Origin: a virus | Taxonomy: Duplodnaviria; Caudoviricetes | Virus record (IMG/VR): IMGVR_UViG_3300037455_001397 | Coordinates: 34,542 to 98,541 of that record | Strand: one strand, 5' to 3' | Length of the DNA: 64,000 bases | Part shown: one piece after another, positions 38,586 through 47,699 of the stretch | Layout: the number at the start of each line of letters is the position of its first letter | How positions within the stretch are numbered: position 1 is the first letter of the stretch | The notes under the pieces: model-generated | The model's database searches: none | The model's input: only the letters and a program-made list of their open reading frames with translations | What the model was told of the DNA's origin: nothing | Program-made: the position numbers and the translations under genes

Positions 38586-40394
38586 ATGGACGAAAACAAA
38601 ACCAAAGAGGCATTTGCTGACATCTGTGAACGCGTTTGGCACATAGCCCTTGAGAATATCGGATTCAACAAAAAGATGGCTCCGAAGACGCGGCAAATGG
38701 TCGCCCAGCTTGTTACGGTTGCGTGGAACGCGACCATCGCGAGTGACAACATTAAGGACGCCGAGGAATCTGTTCGTATTTTTAATTCAAAGCAGCTTGG
38801 CGGTCAGAAACCCATCTACGACTATCTGCTTGAAGCCGTCAAAATCAAATGGCGCGAATACCGTGGCCTCAAATCGAAAATTGCCGGTGCCATGATTGAG
38901 AATGTCGACGGGAAACCGAAGGCAATTGCGATTCTGGAAGGCGAAATACCAGAAGAAGACACGGATTTTCAAGGATGGACACACACAATGCCCCAGGATG
39001 GAACGAAGGAGCATTTTGCCGGTCTGTGCGATATCCTTTGGGAACGGGCTCTGGGGGAACTTGATTTGGATGACAAAACAACAGCCGATGCCCGTCGCAT
39101 GATCGCTCAGTTGATCATGGTCGCATGGAACACCTGCAACGCCAGCAAGAACAGAGACGAATCATTCAAACGGGTCAAGGATTTCGCCGATGGCCTTTCT
39201 GCGGACAATGAAGGTGCGTTTGCCCTCATGTGTGATGCTGTCGACTTCAAATGGGACGATTACAAGGATGACAAAGCGCACATCTCGACCGTGAAAATTG
39301 AAAACATCGACGGGAAACCCAAAGCAGTTGCCTACCTCAAAGGCGAGCTGCCGGAGGCGGAGGCGGCAACTGCCGCGTTCCACAAATTCATGGAATCGCC
39401 GGAAGTTCAGGCAAGACTGAAGAATGTTCCGCCGGAACGCCTGAAAGAGGAGATAGGGAAGATCATCGAAGAATACAACGTCAGCATCCAGCCTGTATCT
39501 GAAAGAAACGACAATCATATCCCGTCCAAACGCAGCAAGAGTCCGAAAAACTTCGACAAGGCGAAAAAACATTTCGCGAAGTATTGTGAGGTTTTCTGGG
39601 AAGCGGCTCTTGAAGGCATGAAGTTTAGCGCTGAAGCCGAGGCTGACGTGCGTGAATTGGTCATGCAGCTCGTCGCATCCGCATGGAACGCGCTGATTGT
39701 TACGGGAAATGTCGCGAAAGCCACCAAGGTCGTCAAGGAATACAATCGCGATTCTTTCAATGGCGATAAAACCTTCTTAAAAGTCATGAATGAAGCCATA
39801 GTTTACAAAGACCTGCATTTTGCCAACGATAAAGACATTGTTGAGGATACGGCCATTGAGTTTGTTGATGGGAAACCAACTCCTGTTGCCTATTTCAAAG
39901 GCGAAAAAGACGAGTCCGTCGAGAACAGAGCCCCTGAAGAATACGACTTCGACAAGGATAATCTTCGGATTTTCCAGCTCCGCGTTGAACTTCTCGGATA
40001 TGATGTCGTCGCAGATGTTCAGGTTCCCGAAGACATGACGTTCGAAGATCTGCACGATTTCCTGAACAATCTGTTTGAGAGAGACGACAGCCATCTTTTC
40101 CGGTTTGAATGCGATGACGGGCTGACAACAGTCCGTATTGAGGAGGAGCTTGAGGACGAAGAAGATGAAGATGCCCGGCTTTCTGAGGACTGTTTCATCG
40201 GACACCACCTGTCCCTCAAAAACGGGGCATACTATCTCTTCGATTACGGTGACGAATGGGAGCATGACATCAAGGTTAAGAAAATCCTGAAAGCTGATCC
40301 CAAGGAGGTCTATCCGAAGGTCATCAAGATCAAAGGCGACATTCCCGAACAGTATCCGGACTACGACGGCGAGGATGACGATGATAGGTCTTGA
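38586..40394 (+). CDS. Protein with three ~105-aa repeats and a C-terminal pRiA4b ORF-3-like domain
   Basis: Repeats FAxxCxxxWxxAL...QLxxxAWN...DGKPxxxAxxxGE; C-terminal TFEDLH...SHLFRF...YLFDYGDEWEH. Confidence 0.75.
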   Translation: MDENKTKEAFADICERVWHIALENIGFNKKMAPKTRQMVAQLVTVAWNATIASDNIKDAEESVRIFNSKQLGGQKPIYDYLLEAVKIKWREYRGLKSKIAGAMIENVDGKPKAIAILEGEIPEEDTDFQGWTHTMPQDGTKEHFAGLCDILWERALGELDLDDKTTADARRMIAQLIMVAWNTCNASKNRDESFKRVKDFADGLSADNEGAFALMCDAVDFKWDDYKDDKAHISTVKIENIDGKPKAVAYLKGELPEAEAATAAFHKFMESPEVQARLKNVPPERLKEEIGKIIEEYNVSIQPVSERNDNHIPSKRSKSPKNFDKAKKHFAKYCEVFWEAALEGMKFSAEAEADVRELVMQLVASAWNALIVTGNVAKATKVVKEYNRDSFNGDKTFLKVMNEAIVYKDLHFANDKDIVEDTAIEFVDGKPTPVAYFKGEKDESVENRAPEEYDFDKDNLRIFQLRVELLGYDVVADVQVPEDMTFEDLHDFLNNLFERDDSHLFRFECDDGLTTVRIEEELEDEEDEDARLSEDCFIGHHLSLKNGAYYLFDYGDEWEHDIKVKKILKADPKEVYPKVIKIKGDIPEQYPDYDGEDDDDRS

Positions 40395-40584
40395 ACTCAA
40401 ACTATCCCCGACGACCGACTGGTCGCACATGACACATGACGAACAGAAGCGCGCCCTGTTTCAAAAACAGAAAGACCTGCTCGACGCATTTCTGTCCCGT
40501 GGAGCCATCGATCATCGTCAGTACGAGAAGAGCCTGACTTGCATGGCAGAGAAGATGGGGATTGAATTGAATAAGGTGAACTAA
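40381..40584 (+). CDS. Small hypothetical protein (SHOCT-like helix pair)
   Basis: LLDAFLSRGAIDHRQYEKSL. Confidence 0.55.
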   Translation: MIGLELKLSPTTDWSHMTHDEQKRALFQKQKDLLDAFLSRGAIDHRQYEKSLTCMAEKMGIELNKVN

Positions 40585-40714
40585 CCGTGTTCGAGGACGC
40601 TCATTCCAATATCACCGACACGACGCACTACTTCTCAAAAGGGCATTCCTTCTACGAAAGGAGGGGAATCACAGGTATATTATCTCAAAAATCTTTGTTT
40701 TTTCGGAATCCGAC

Positions 40715-40742
40715 TTGACATCCAGTCAATGCCTGCTATAGT
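40715..40742 (+). promoter_or_regulatory. Sigma70 promoter of the vWA-kinase-CoCoNuT operon
   Basis: TTGACA-16-TATAGT with an extended -10 TG. Confidence 0.6.
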
Positions 40743-40847
40743 ATGCATAAGCATTTACGCTTGTCGCGTCAACAAAACAGGCCAACCCCAAAATATAGGG
40801 TTATTTATTTCGTTCAAGCAATAAGGCGTAGTAGCAAGGAGTAAAAC

Positions 40848-41603
40848 ATGTCTTCACAATATTGTTTCAAAAGATCTTTGCCCCTTGTTCTAATTGCAGA
40901 TACTAGTGGGAGTATGAGGGAACATGGCAAAATTGATGCACTCAATTCCGCTATATATGAAATGATTGAAAGTCTCCAAGGTATACAACAAGTCGAAGAT
41001 GTTAGCTTCCTATTAACAATTGTCGGATTTGAAAAGGGAACTATAAAAGAGTTTTATCATGGGGTTAATGTAAAAGAAATCAAATGGGAGAACCTTCCCG
41101 CTAAAGGAGTAACTCCTTTGGGGGATGCTTTTTTGAAAGTTGCCACATTGGTTGAGTGTGAAAGTGTCGTTCCACACAATTCCTACGCCCCAATTATTGT
41201 TCTTGTTTCCGATGGACAGCCAACAGATGATGAAGGACATTTGTCTGATAATTGGGAAAAACCTTTGACTCAGATGAAAGATGCTCCTCGGGTCAATAAA
41301 GGTATGTGTTTTTCTATGGCGATAGGGCCAGACGCAAACGAGGATATGTTGCTTGCGTTTTCGAGCAATGGCAGGGTCTTTCATGCCGAAGACGGGAATA
41401 AGATAAGACAGTTTTTTCAGTTAGTAACAATGGCAACAACGATGTCGATTGGATTACCCGTTTCGTGTCCAAATGAGATAAAAGAAAATGCAACGGAGTT
41501 CTTATCCCCACCTGAAGACGGGAAGACAGAGCCTTTGAAAACACAAAATGAGGATGATGAGAATTCGGTTACTATTGTTTTTGAAAATGAGCAGATTCTT
41601 TGA
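40848..41603 (+). CDS. terY: TerY-like vWA domain protein
   Basis: RSLPLVLIADTSGSM (MIDAS), GVTPLG, SDGQPTD. Confidence 0.8.
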   Translation: MSSQYCFKRSLPLVLIADTSGSMREHGKIDALNSAIYEMIESLQGIQQVEDVSFLLTIVGFEKGTIKEFYHGVNVKEIKWENLPAKGVTPLGDAFLKVATLVECESVVPHNSYAPIIVLVSDGQPTDDEGHLSDNWEKPLTQMKDAPRVNKGMCFSMAIGPDANEDMLLAFSSNGRVFHAEDGNKIRQFFQLVTMATTMSIGLPVSCPNEIKENATEFLSPPEDGKTEPLKTQNEDDENSVTIVFENEQIL

Positions 41604-41614
41604 GGAGGAAGCAA

Positions 41615-43030
41615 ATGGAAACAATTGTTACTGACACCAATGGAATAAGTTACAAACTGGGAGAAGAAATTAGCAGCGGTGGTCAAGGATGTGTTTTCCG
41701 CTGTGCCAATGACGCAAGGCGCGCAATAAAACTATATAAGGATAATAATTCCAAATTTGAGCTTGTCAGGCGTTTGAACCTGGACAAAAAGGTTTTTATA
41801 GTGCCAGAGGTGTTCCTGAGGGACAACAACGGGTACGTTATGGAATTATTGGAAGATGGAATGCAATCATTAAATTCCATCTTCTGTGAACCACTTAAAG
41901 AATCTGGTTTTTCTCCTAATTGGTATTCAAAAACAGGTGGTCTTCAAAAACGCTATGCTGTTCTCGCCGAAATATCAAAAGCATTACATTATCTTCATTC
42001 AAACGGGATGATCTATAGAGATATTTCCCTTAATAATATTTTTGTTTCTGCTGACCCGACAAAGACCTCTGTATGTTTTATTGACTGCGATAATATTACT
42101 TACGCTTCACAATGCTCCAATCAAATAGGGACCCCAGGGTTTATTCCTCCTGAGTTCTTCAATGGGAAAAGTTACGGGAGTCTATCTGAAGTCTTTTCTT
42201 TTGCAGTTTTAGCTTTTGCCATTTTAAGAACACAACACCCATTCAAGGGGTCTTTCTTTCAAAACAATCCGCCAGAAATTGTGCAGGAAAAATACAAGAA
42301 CTATCTTCTGCCATACATTGATGCAACAGACCCAAGCAATCATCTTCCATATTTATTCGAAGAAAAGAATGTTTTCCCTGAAATATTACAAGTGATGTTT
42401 CATGAAATTTTTGAAAGCAAATTAAGCATTCCAATGGAACGAAAAAGCATTTCAAAATGGCATGAGATATTTCAAAATCTTCAAACACGTCTATTAGTTT
42501 GCGAATCTTGTGGAAATCAGTATTTGCTATCCATGAAAGAATGTCCGTGGTGTAAACGCCCCAGTCATTCAAAGTACTTGATGATGGATATCGTCATCAA
42601 TGATGGATGGGCGAACAAATATATTTCTGATTTCCTTGATCATATTGGAAGATCATATGCTTCTAAAGAAGAAAAGAAAGAGGAAAAAGACGAAATCAAT
42701 GAACACTTACGAAAATGGCGATATAAAAACAGACAAAGTTCTATTCCTTTCTCCATTGGACAGACCAAATGTTTTGGTTCATGGGAACTTGTTGGTTTGG
42801 AAGAAGATCAAAATATAGAAATAAAGTATTCCGGGAAAGTTTTAACATTATACAACAATACTCCTTATTCTCTTAAGGAACACGGGGCGACGCATGTAAT
42901 TGGTCCAGGACAAAAAAGGAATATAGAACTATCTGGAACAAAACCAACACAATTAAAAATTGTATTGCCGCAAGATCGGAATATCTCTATAGTTTTTACC
43001 GAGCGAAGCAGCGAGGTTAACCATGTCTGA
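41615..43030 (+). CDS. Ser/Thr protein kinase with a zinc ribbon (TerY-associated type)
   Basis: SGGQGCVF, AIKLY, YRDISLNN, IDCDN, GTPGFIPPE; CESC...CPWC. Confidence 0.85.
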   Translation: METIVTDTNGISYKLGEEISSGGQGCVFRCANDARRAIKLYKDNNSKFELVRRLNLDKKVFIVPEVFLRDNNGYVMELLEDGMQSLNSIFCEPLKESGFSPNWYSKTGGLQKRYAVLAEISKALHYLHSNGMIYRDISLNNIFVSADPTKTSVCFIDCDNITYASQCSNQIGTPGFIPPEFFNGKSYGSLSEVFSFAVLAFAILRTQHPFKGSFFQNNPPEIVQEKYKNYLLPYIDATDPSNHLPYLFEEKNVFPEILQVMFHEIFESKLSIPMERKSISKWHEIFQNLQTRLLVCESCGNQYLLSMKECPWCKRPSHSKYLMMDIVINDGWANKYISDFLDHIGRSYASKEEKKEEKDEINEHLRKWRYKNRQSSIPFSIGQTKCFGSWELVGLEEDQNIEIKYSGKVLTLYNNTPYSLKEHGATHVIGPGQKRNIELSGTKPTQLKIVLPQDRNISIVFTERSSEVNHV

Positions 43031-46000
43031 CATTCTTCTGTCATATTTAGAGCTTCATGCTCCGCTGAAAAAAATGCTGCGGTTTAACGTCGTCGATGAA
43101 AATGACTTTGCTATGCTTCTGCAAGCACATAAAGATAAAGTCGAATTTTACTGTAGGAAGTTAGAAACATTGTCTTTTGATGGACACTTCGAATATCGTT
43201 TCCAATCTTTGGCCGGGTCAAATCAGTTCTGCGTTTTTGTTGAAGATGAGACAGATTGTCAAGAGCTTGAAGATATTAGTCCAGAATATGCAAATCCCAT
43301 TTGTTATATTGAACAAATCAACAAGAACGAAAAAACTGTTTTGATTGTCTTTTTTATTTTTAACATAAAAACAATCAGCCGAAATCTTTCGATTATCTAT
43401 GATCAGACAACAAAATCCTGTGATGAGCTCAATGGGTTTCTTTTTCCAATTACAGAAGACTTGCAGATTGCAATCGTTTCCCAAACACTAGATGGCAATT
43501 TCCGTCTGTGTAAAGACAAACACTATTTGCAAGTTAATAAAATGATCCGAGGAGAAGACGGTGTAAAATACTTTTTTCAAGGAATAAAGCCAGACAAAGA
43601 CATTCCCTATTCTTTGCTACAAGTTCTTATAGGTAAAATTAAATTTGTAGACAAGAATGAAATTACAGATGAAATGAGGCAGGAACAAGAAGAAATTGTT
43701 CAATTCCGCGCCAATGCTGAACGTTATAATCAAATCTGGCAGAAATATGAGGAGGAAGAGCAACTTGAATTACAACAAAGAGCAACTATTATCGGCACAA
43801 TTCATTACGATGCGTGTGAACCCACGAACAGGGGAGAATGGAAGTTTTATTTAAGCCGAGAAGAGGATTATCGTAAGCTTGATGACGAACGAAAAAACGG
43901 TTCAATTGAACTTACGCAAGCGAATACACGAAGCCATTCTTGGCATGGAAACGTTGATGAAATGTATATGTCCGGAGATGATTATTGTTTAGTTGTGTCT
44001 TCGCTTGATTCGGAAGATTCTCCAATTGCTTCTGATGGTGATCTTTGTCTTGATATGTACGCTCAAGATGTTCGGGCCAAACGACGCAGAAATGCAAGAG
44101 AAACATTGAGTGGAATGTTCGCCGAAAAAAGGAGGATTGTTCATGGCCTCCGTCAAATCCTTACGGAAAAAGATTGGAAGGCAAAAAACACTTCCAAACA
44201 GGAGAATATTCCTGACCAAATCTTGAATATGTTCCCTGCCGGGTTAAATGATTCACAGAAAGAAGCATTAAAAATAGCTTATAACACTCCTGACTTTGCG
44301 GTGATTCAAGGCCCGCCGGGCACGGGCAAAACGCATGTCATTTCCGCCTTGAGCCAATGGTTAGGCAAGGATTTGTCACAGACGCACAAAACGCTTCTTT
44401 CGAGTTTTCAGCATGAGGCCGTAGACAACCTTGCAATGAGATGTCGGATTTTTGATATTCCGGTTCAACGGTATTCAACTTCAAAATCTCAAGTTGCTGA
44501 AGATATTTTTTCGATTTGGTGTGATGAATTGAAGACTCGATTATCTCAAAAAGAGGATGAATACAAATGCAATCCTGTTTTTTCTGCGATGCAGGAAGCC
44601 GAAAAATGGTTTCAATATTTAGATGTTCGTCATCCTTCTCTTACAAACAGAATTATTGTGTTAAAGCAGATACTATCCTTAATACGGGATCATGTTCCCT
44701 CCTCCATAATTGAGGAAGGCTCCCTCTTGCTCGAAAAATGGCAGAGAATAACAGCAAAGAGCGATTATCCAAAGCGATTTTTCCGTTATTTGTATGGACT
44801 CAAGTGTACAGAAGAATCTTTTGAAGATGGAGGTGTTGATTCTCTCCGTCAATTCATGGATTTGTTGCGCGACATGAAAGATAATCCCGTTCCACAAAGT
44901 CTGATGGATAGCATGACTCAGATTTTGCAGAAAGGAGTCAATGTCGAAAAACAGGATCTTGTTAATTTGGCAGCAATCAGGAATAATCTTTTGGATCAAT
45001 GTATCAATCACGAGGTCCTTTCTAAAGAACAACATGTTGATTCTGCAAAGATGAATCTCTTTATCCAACACGCGCGTTCTGAACTCAATGAAAGATGCAG
45101 AAATCAAGCTAATCAAATAGATAGCATTTTCTTCCAATATGCACATGAAGTGAACAATGATCCTCTGAGGTTCAGGTATGCGTGTGAAAAGTACTCCAAT
45201 GCCATTGCTGCGACGACAGGACAAAGCACCGGGCAGGGAATACAAAGGATGTTGGAAAACACCTGCTTTGAAAATGTAATCATTGATGAAGCTGCAAGAG
45301 CGACGCCAATGGACTTACTGATTCCAATGACACAAGCGACAAAAAAAATCGTGCTTGTTGGTGATGGAAAGCAATTACCTCATCTCGTTGAAGAAAGCAA
45401 AATACGCAATGTTGTTGCGAAGTTAAAAGCAAATCAAGAAGAAACACAAATTACATCTGCGCTCAAAGAAACGCTATTTGTTAGATTTCAAAATGCGGTT
45501 CAACAGCAATTTCTTCGCGATAATTGTCCGCGATATATTATGCTTGATACGCAATATCGAATGCGTCCTGCACTTGGCAGTCTTCTCTCAGAAGCCTTTT
45601 ACGATGGCAAATTAAAAAATGGAAAAGATGATTCTCAATTTCCAGATATTTTTCCCTATGGAGCTAAGCCTGCAATTTGGTATGATATCCCTGTTGAAAA
45701 AGGAGAGGCGGAGCAAGATCGTGTAACAAAGAGCTGGTGTCGACAGTGTGAGGCTGATGCGATTTCATCTGAGGCAAAAAAAATATTAGACCTAAATCCC
45801 AATGTTTCACTTGGCATTATCACTTTTTATAACGCACAAGTAAATAGTATTTGTGCTGCATTAAGACAAAGGAATATATTCGAAGATGATGCTTGTACGA
45901 TCCTTTCTTCTAAGTACGAGAAAAGGATTGTAAAAATCGGTTCTGTCGATGCTTTTCAGGGAAAAGAATTTGATGTCGTTTTGCTGTCCGTTGTTCGAGC

Positions 46001-46226
46001 GACGTCAAAAGCAGAACCCAAAGAAAAGACATATTCTTCATATCGCGGCCGATTTGGGCATTTATTATCTCCCGGACGAGTGTGTGTCGCGTTAAGCAGA
46101 CAAAAGAGTTTGTTGGTTGTTTTCGGCGCTGCTTCAATGTTTTCATACAGCATTCCGGAAACAGGGCTGATTGGTTTTGAAAAACTCAAGGAACTATGCA
46201 GGAGTTACAATGGCTTTATTCAGTAA
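43023..46226 (+). CDS. SF1 UPF1/DNA2-like helicase (CnuH-like)
   Basis: QGPPGTGKT, IDEAAR, LVGDGKQLP, QYRM, SVDAFQGKE and VALSRQ motifs. Confidence 0.85.
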   Translation: MSDILLSYLELHAPLKKMLRFNVVDENDFAMLLQAHKDKVEFYCRKLETLSFDGHFEYRFQSLAGSNQFCVFVEDETDCQELEDISPEYANPICYIEQINKNEKTVLIVFFIFNIKTISRNLSIIYDQTTKSCDELNGFLFPITEDLQIAIVSQTLDGNFRLCKDKHYLQVNKMIRGEDGVKYFFQGIKPDKDIPYSLLQVLIGKIKFVDKNEITDEMRQEQEEIVQFRANAERYNQIWQKYEEEEQLELQQRATIIGTIHYDACEPTNRGEWKFYLSREEDYRKLDDERKNGSIELTQANTRSHSWHGNVDEMYMSGDDYCLVVSSLDSEDSPIASDGDLCLDMYAQDVRAKRRRNARETLSGMFAEKRRIVHGLRQILTEKDWKAKNTSKQENIPDQILNMFPAGLNDSQKEALKIAYNTPDFAVIQGPPGTGKTHVISALSQWLGKDLSQTHKTLLSSFQHEAVDNLAMRCRIFDIPVQRYSTSKSQVAEDIFSIWCDELKTRLSQKEDEYKCNPVFSAMQEAEKWFQYLDVRHPSLTNRIIVLKQILSLIRDHVPSSIIEEGSLLLEKWQRITAKSDYPKRFFRYLYGLKCTEESFEDGGVDSLRQFMDLLRDMKDNPVPQSLMDSMTQILQKGVNVEKQDLVNLAAIRNNLLDQCINHEVLSKEQHVDSAKMNLFIQHARSELNERCRNQANQIDSIFFQYAHEVNNDPLRFRYACEKYSNAIAATTGQSTGQGIQRMLENTCFENVIIDEAARATPMDLLIPMTQATKKIVLVGDGKQLPHLVEESKIRNVVAKLKANQEETQITSALKETLFVRFQNAVQQQFLRDNCPRYIMLDTQYRMRPALGSLLSEAFYDGKLKNGKDDSQFPDIFPYGAKPAIWYDIPVEKGEAEQDRVTKSWCRQCEADAISSEAKKILDLNPNVSLGIITFYNAQVNSICAALRQRNIFEDDACTILSSKYEKRIVKIGSVDAFQGKEFDVVLLSVVRATSKAEPKEKTYSSYRGRFGHLLSPGRVCVALSRQKSLLVVFGAASMFSYSIPETGLIGFEKLKELCRSYNGFIQ

Positions 46227-47685
46227 AAAAGTATTTGATTTGTGCAACAATTTCATGGATTGCATAAAACCAGAAAACCGTGAAGATGTCATTTGTTTGC
46301 TTCTACCGACTTGGAAATATCATGTACGCATATCGGAAGCAAAAGTGTTGGATGTTTTTGCAGAATATATCCTTAAACTCTTAGCTGCAGGTTTGACGGA
46401 TACGCGGAGAATTGCAGACACTTTGGGTCTCAACATTGAACTGGTGAAACATATTCGAGAAAAGATTCTTTTACCATACTTTTGCAGCAATGAATTGACC
46501 CAGGAAGGGAAGTATTATTTACAAAACAATTATTCTCTCAGCAACAATAGCGTCATATATGATTATCTCGTTTTTACTGATGTAAGAAATGGGAATGTAC
46601 TTGCCTTCCAGGAAGAATCTGACTATCTTATTCAAAAACAGATAAAAAAAGATTGTATTACTTTGGGAATTGGACCAAGGAGGAATTCGTTTTCTATTAC
46701 TCCATTAGCTGTTGAATGGCAGAAAAAAACAATCTGCAACAAAGAAAGTATCAACGATTATCTTTTGCATCATTCGTTGACATGTTCATCCGAGAACGAT
46801 AGAGAATTAGTAAATCCGCATATTGTCAGTTGCAGCGATTTTTCTGAGCCTGTTTACTTGTTAACTGCGTTAACGCGTCCGGTCGTTGTTACCGATCAAT
46901 ACTCATGGATTGCCCATAATGTCGAAAGTGGAATTCCTGATGCTGCTACAACTCTTTTGGTTCGAGACTTGGAGAAGAATGATGCGAACCTAGCAGAAAG
47001 AATACAGAGTGTGTTCCTTTCTAATAATTCCAAGCTATCAGTCTCAGAGGAAAAAAGACAAGCAATTTCCCTCATAAATAAAAAGATTCCATTCCTTGAC
47101 TTGCTACCAACGGAGATACAGGAACTGTTGTGGGAATATCAAGATGCAATCAACAATGCCGAGATGGCACAAAAGGAACATATTCCATATCGATTGAAAT
47201 TACAAACGGCCAACACCCACATTCGAAAATTCCTTGAAGCCACGATGTTTGCATTGAATAAAAAATATGAGCCAGTAATTAAGCGCAAGGTTTTTGGAGA
47301 TCTTCTGTATTGGGACAAACAGAGAATCCTACCGGATAGAATTGAAGATTTGTTCACAAATCAGCTGAAACAAGACTTATCTCAACTGTCAACACTATCG
47401 ATCAATCTAAGGTCAGATTTTAAAGATTGTCTTCCCGTGGATTATAAAATACAAACAAATATACTTTGTGCAGCGATAGTCTCTACATATCGACACGCTC
47501 ACCCGTTCATGTCAGCGGCCTTAAAATCTGAACTATTTTTGTCAAATCTTTTGAAACTCGTATATAAACTCAATGAATCTGCCCACGCAGGTTATAAAGA
47601 GATTTCCTTTAACGAAATCAAGAATATGGAGAATTTTTTATTCTCTGATTGTTCGGAAACAATTAAACACGCATACGGAATTTAA
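46210..47685 (+). CDS. Putative CoCoNuT effector (wHTH N-terminus, HEPN-like C-terminus)
   Basis: ILKLLAAGLTDTRRIADTLGLNIELV (wHTH-like); C-terminal KLNESAH resembles the HEPN RNxxAH motif; lies between the helicase and McrB. Confidence 0.5.
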   Translation: MALFSKKVFDLCNNFMDCIKPENREDVICLLLPTWKYHVRISEAKVLDVFAEYILKLLAAGLTDTRRIADTLGLNIELVKHIREKILLPYFCSNELTQEGKYYLQNNYSLSNNSVIYDYLVFTDVRNGNVLAFQEESDYLIQKQIKKDCITLGIGPRRNSFSITPLAVEWQKKTICNKESINDYLLHHSLTCSSENDRELVNPHIVSCSDFSEPVYLLTALTRPVVVTDQYSWIAHNVESGIPDAATTLLVRDLEKNDANLAERIQSVFLSNNSKLSVSEEKRQAISLINKKIPFLDLLPTEIQELLWEYQDAINNAEMAQKEHIPYRLKLQTANTHIRKFLEATMFALNKKYEPVIKRKVFGDLLYWDKQRILPDRIEDLFTNQLKQDLSQLSTLSINLRSDFKDCLPVDYKIQTNILCAAIVSTYRHAHPFMSAALKSELFLSNLLKLVYKLNESAHAGYKEISFNEIKNMENFLFSDCSETIKHAYGI

Positions 47686-47699
47686 CGAGGAGACTAAAA

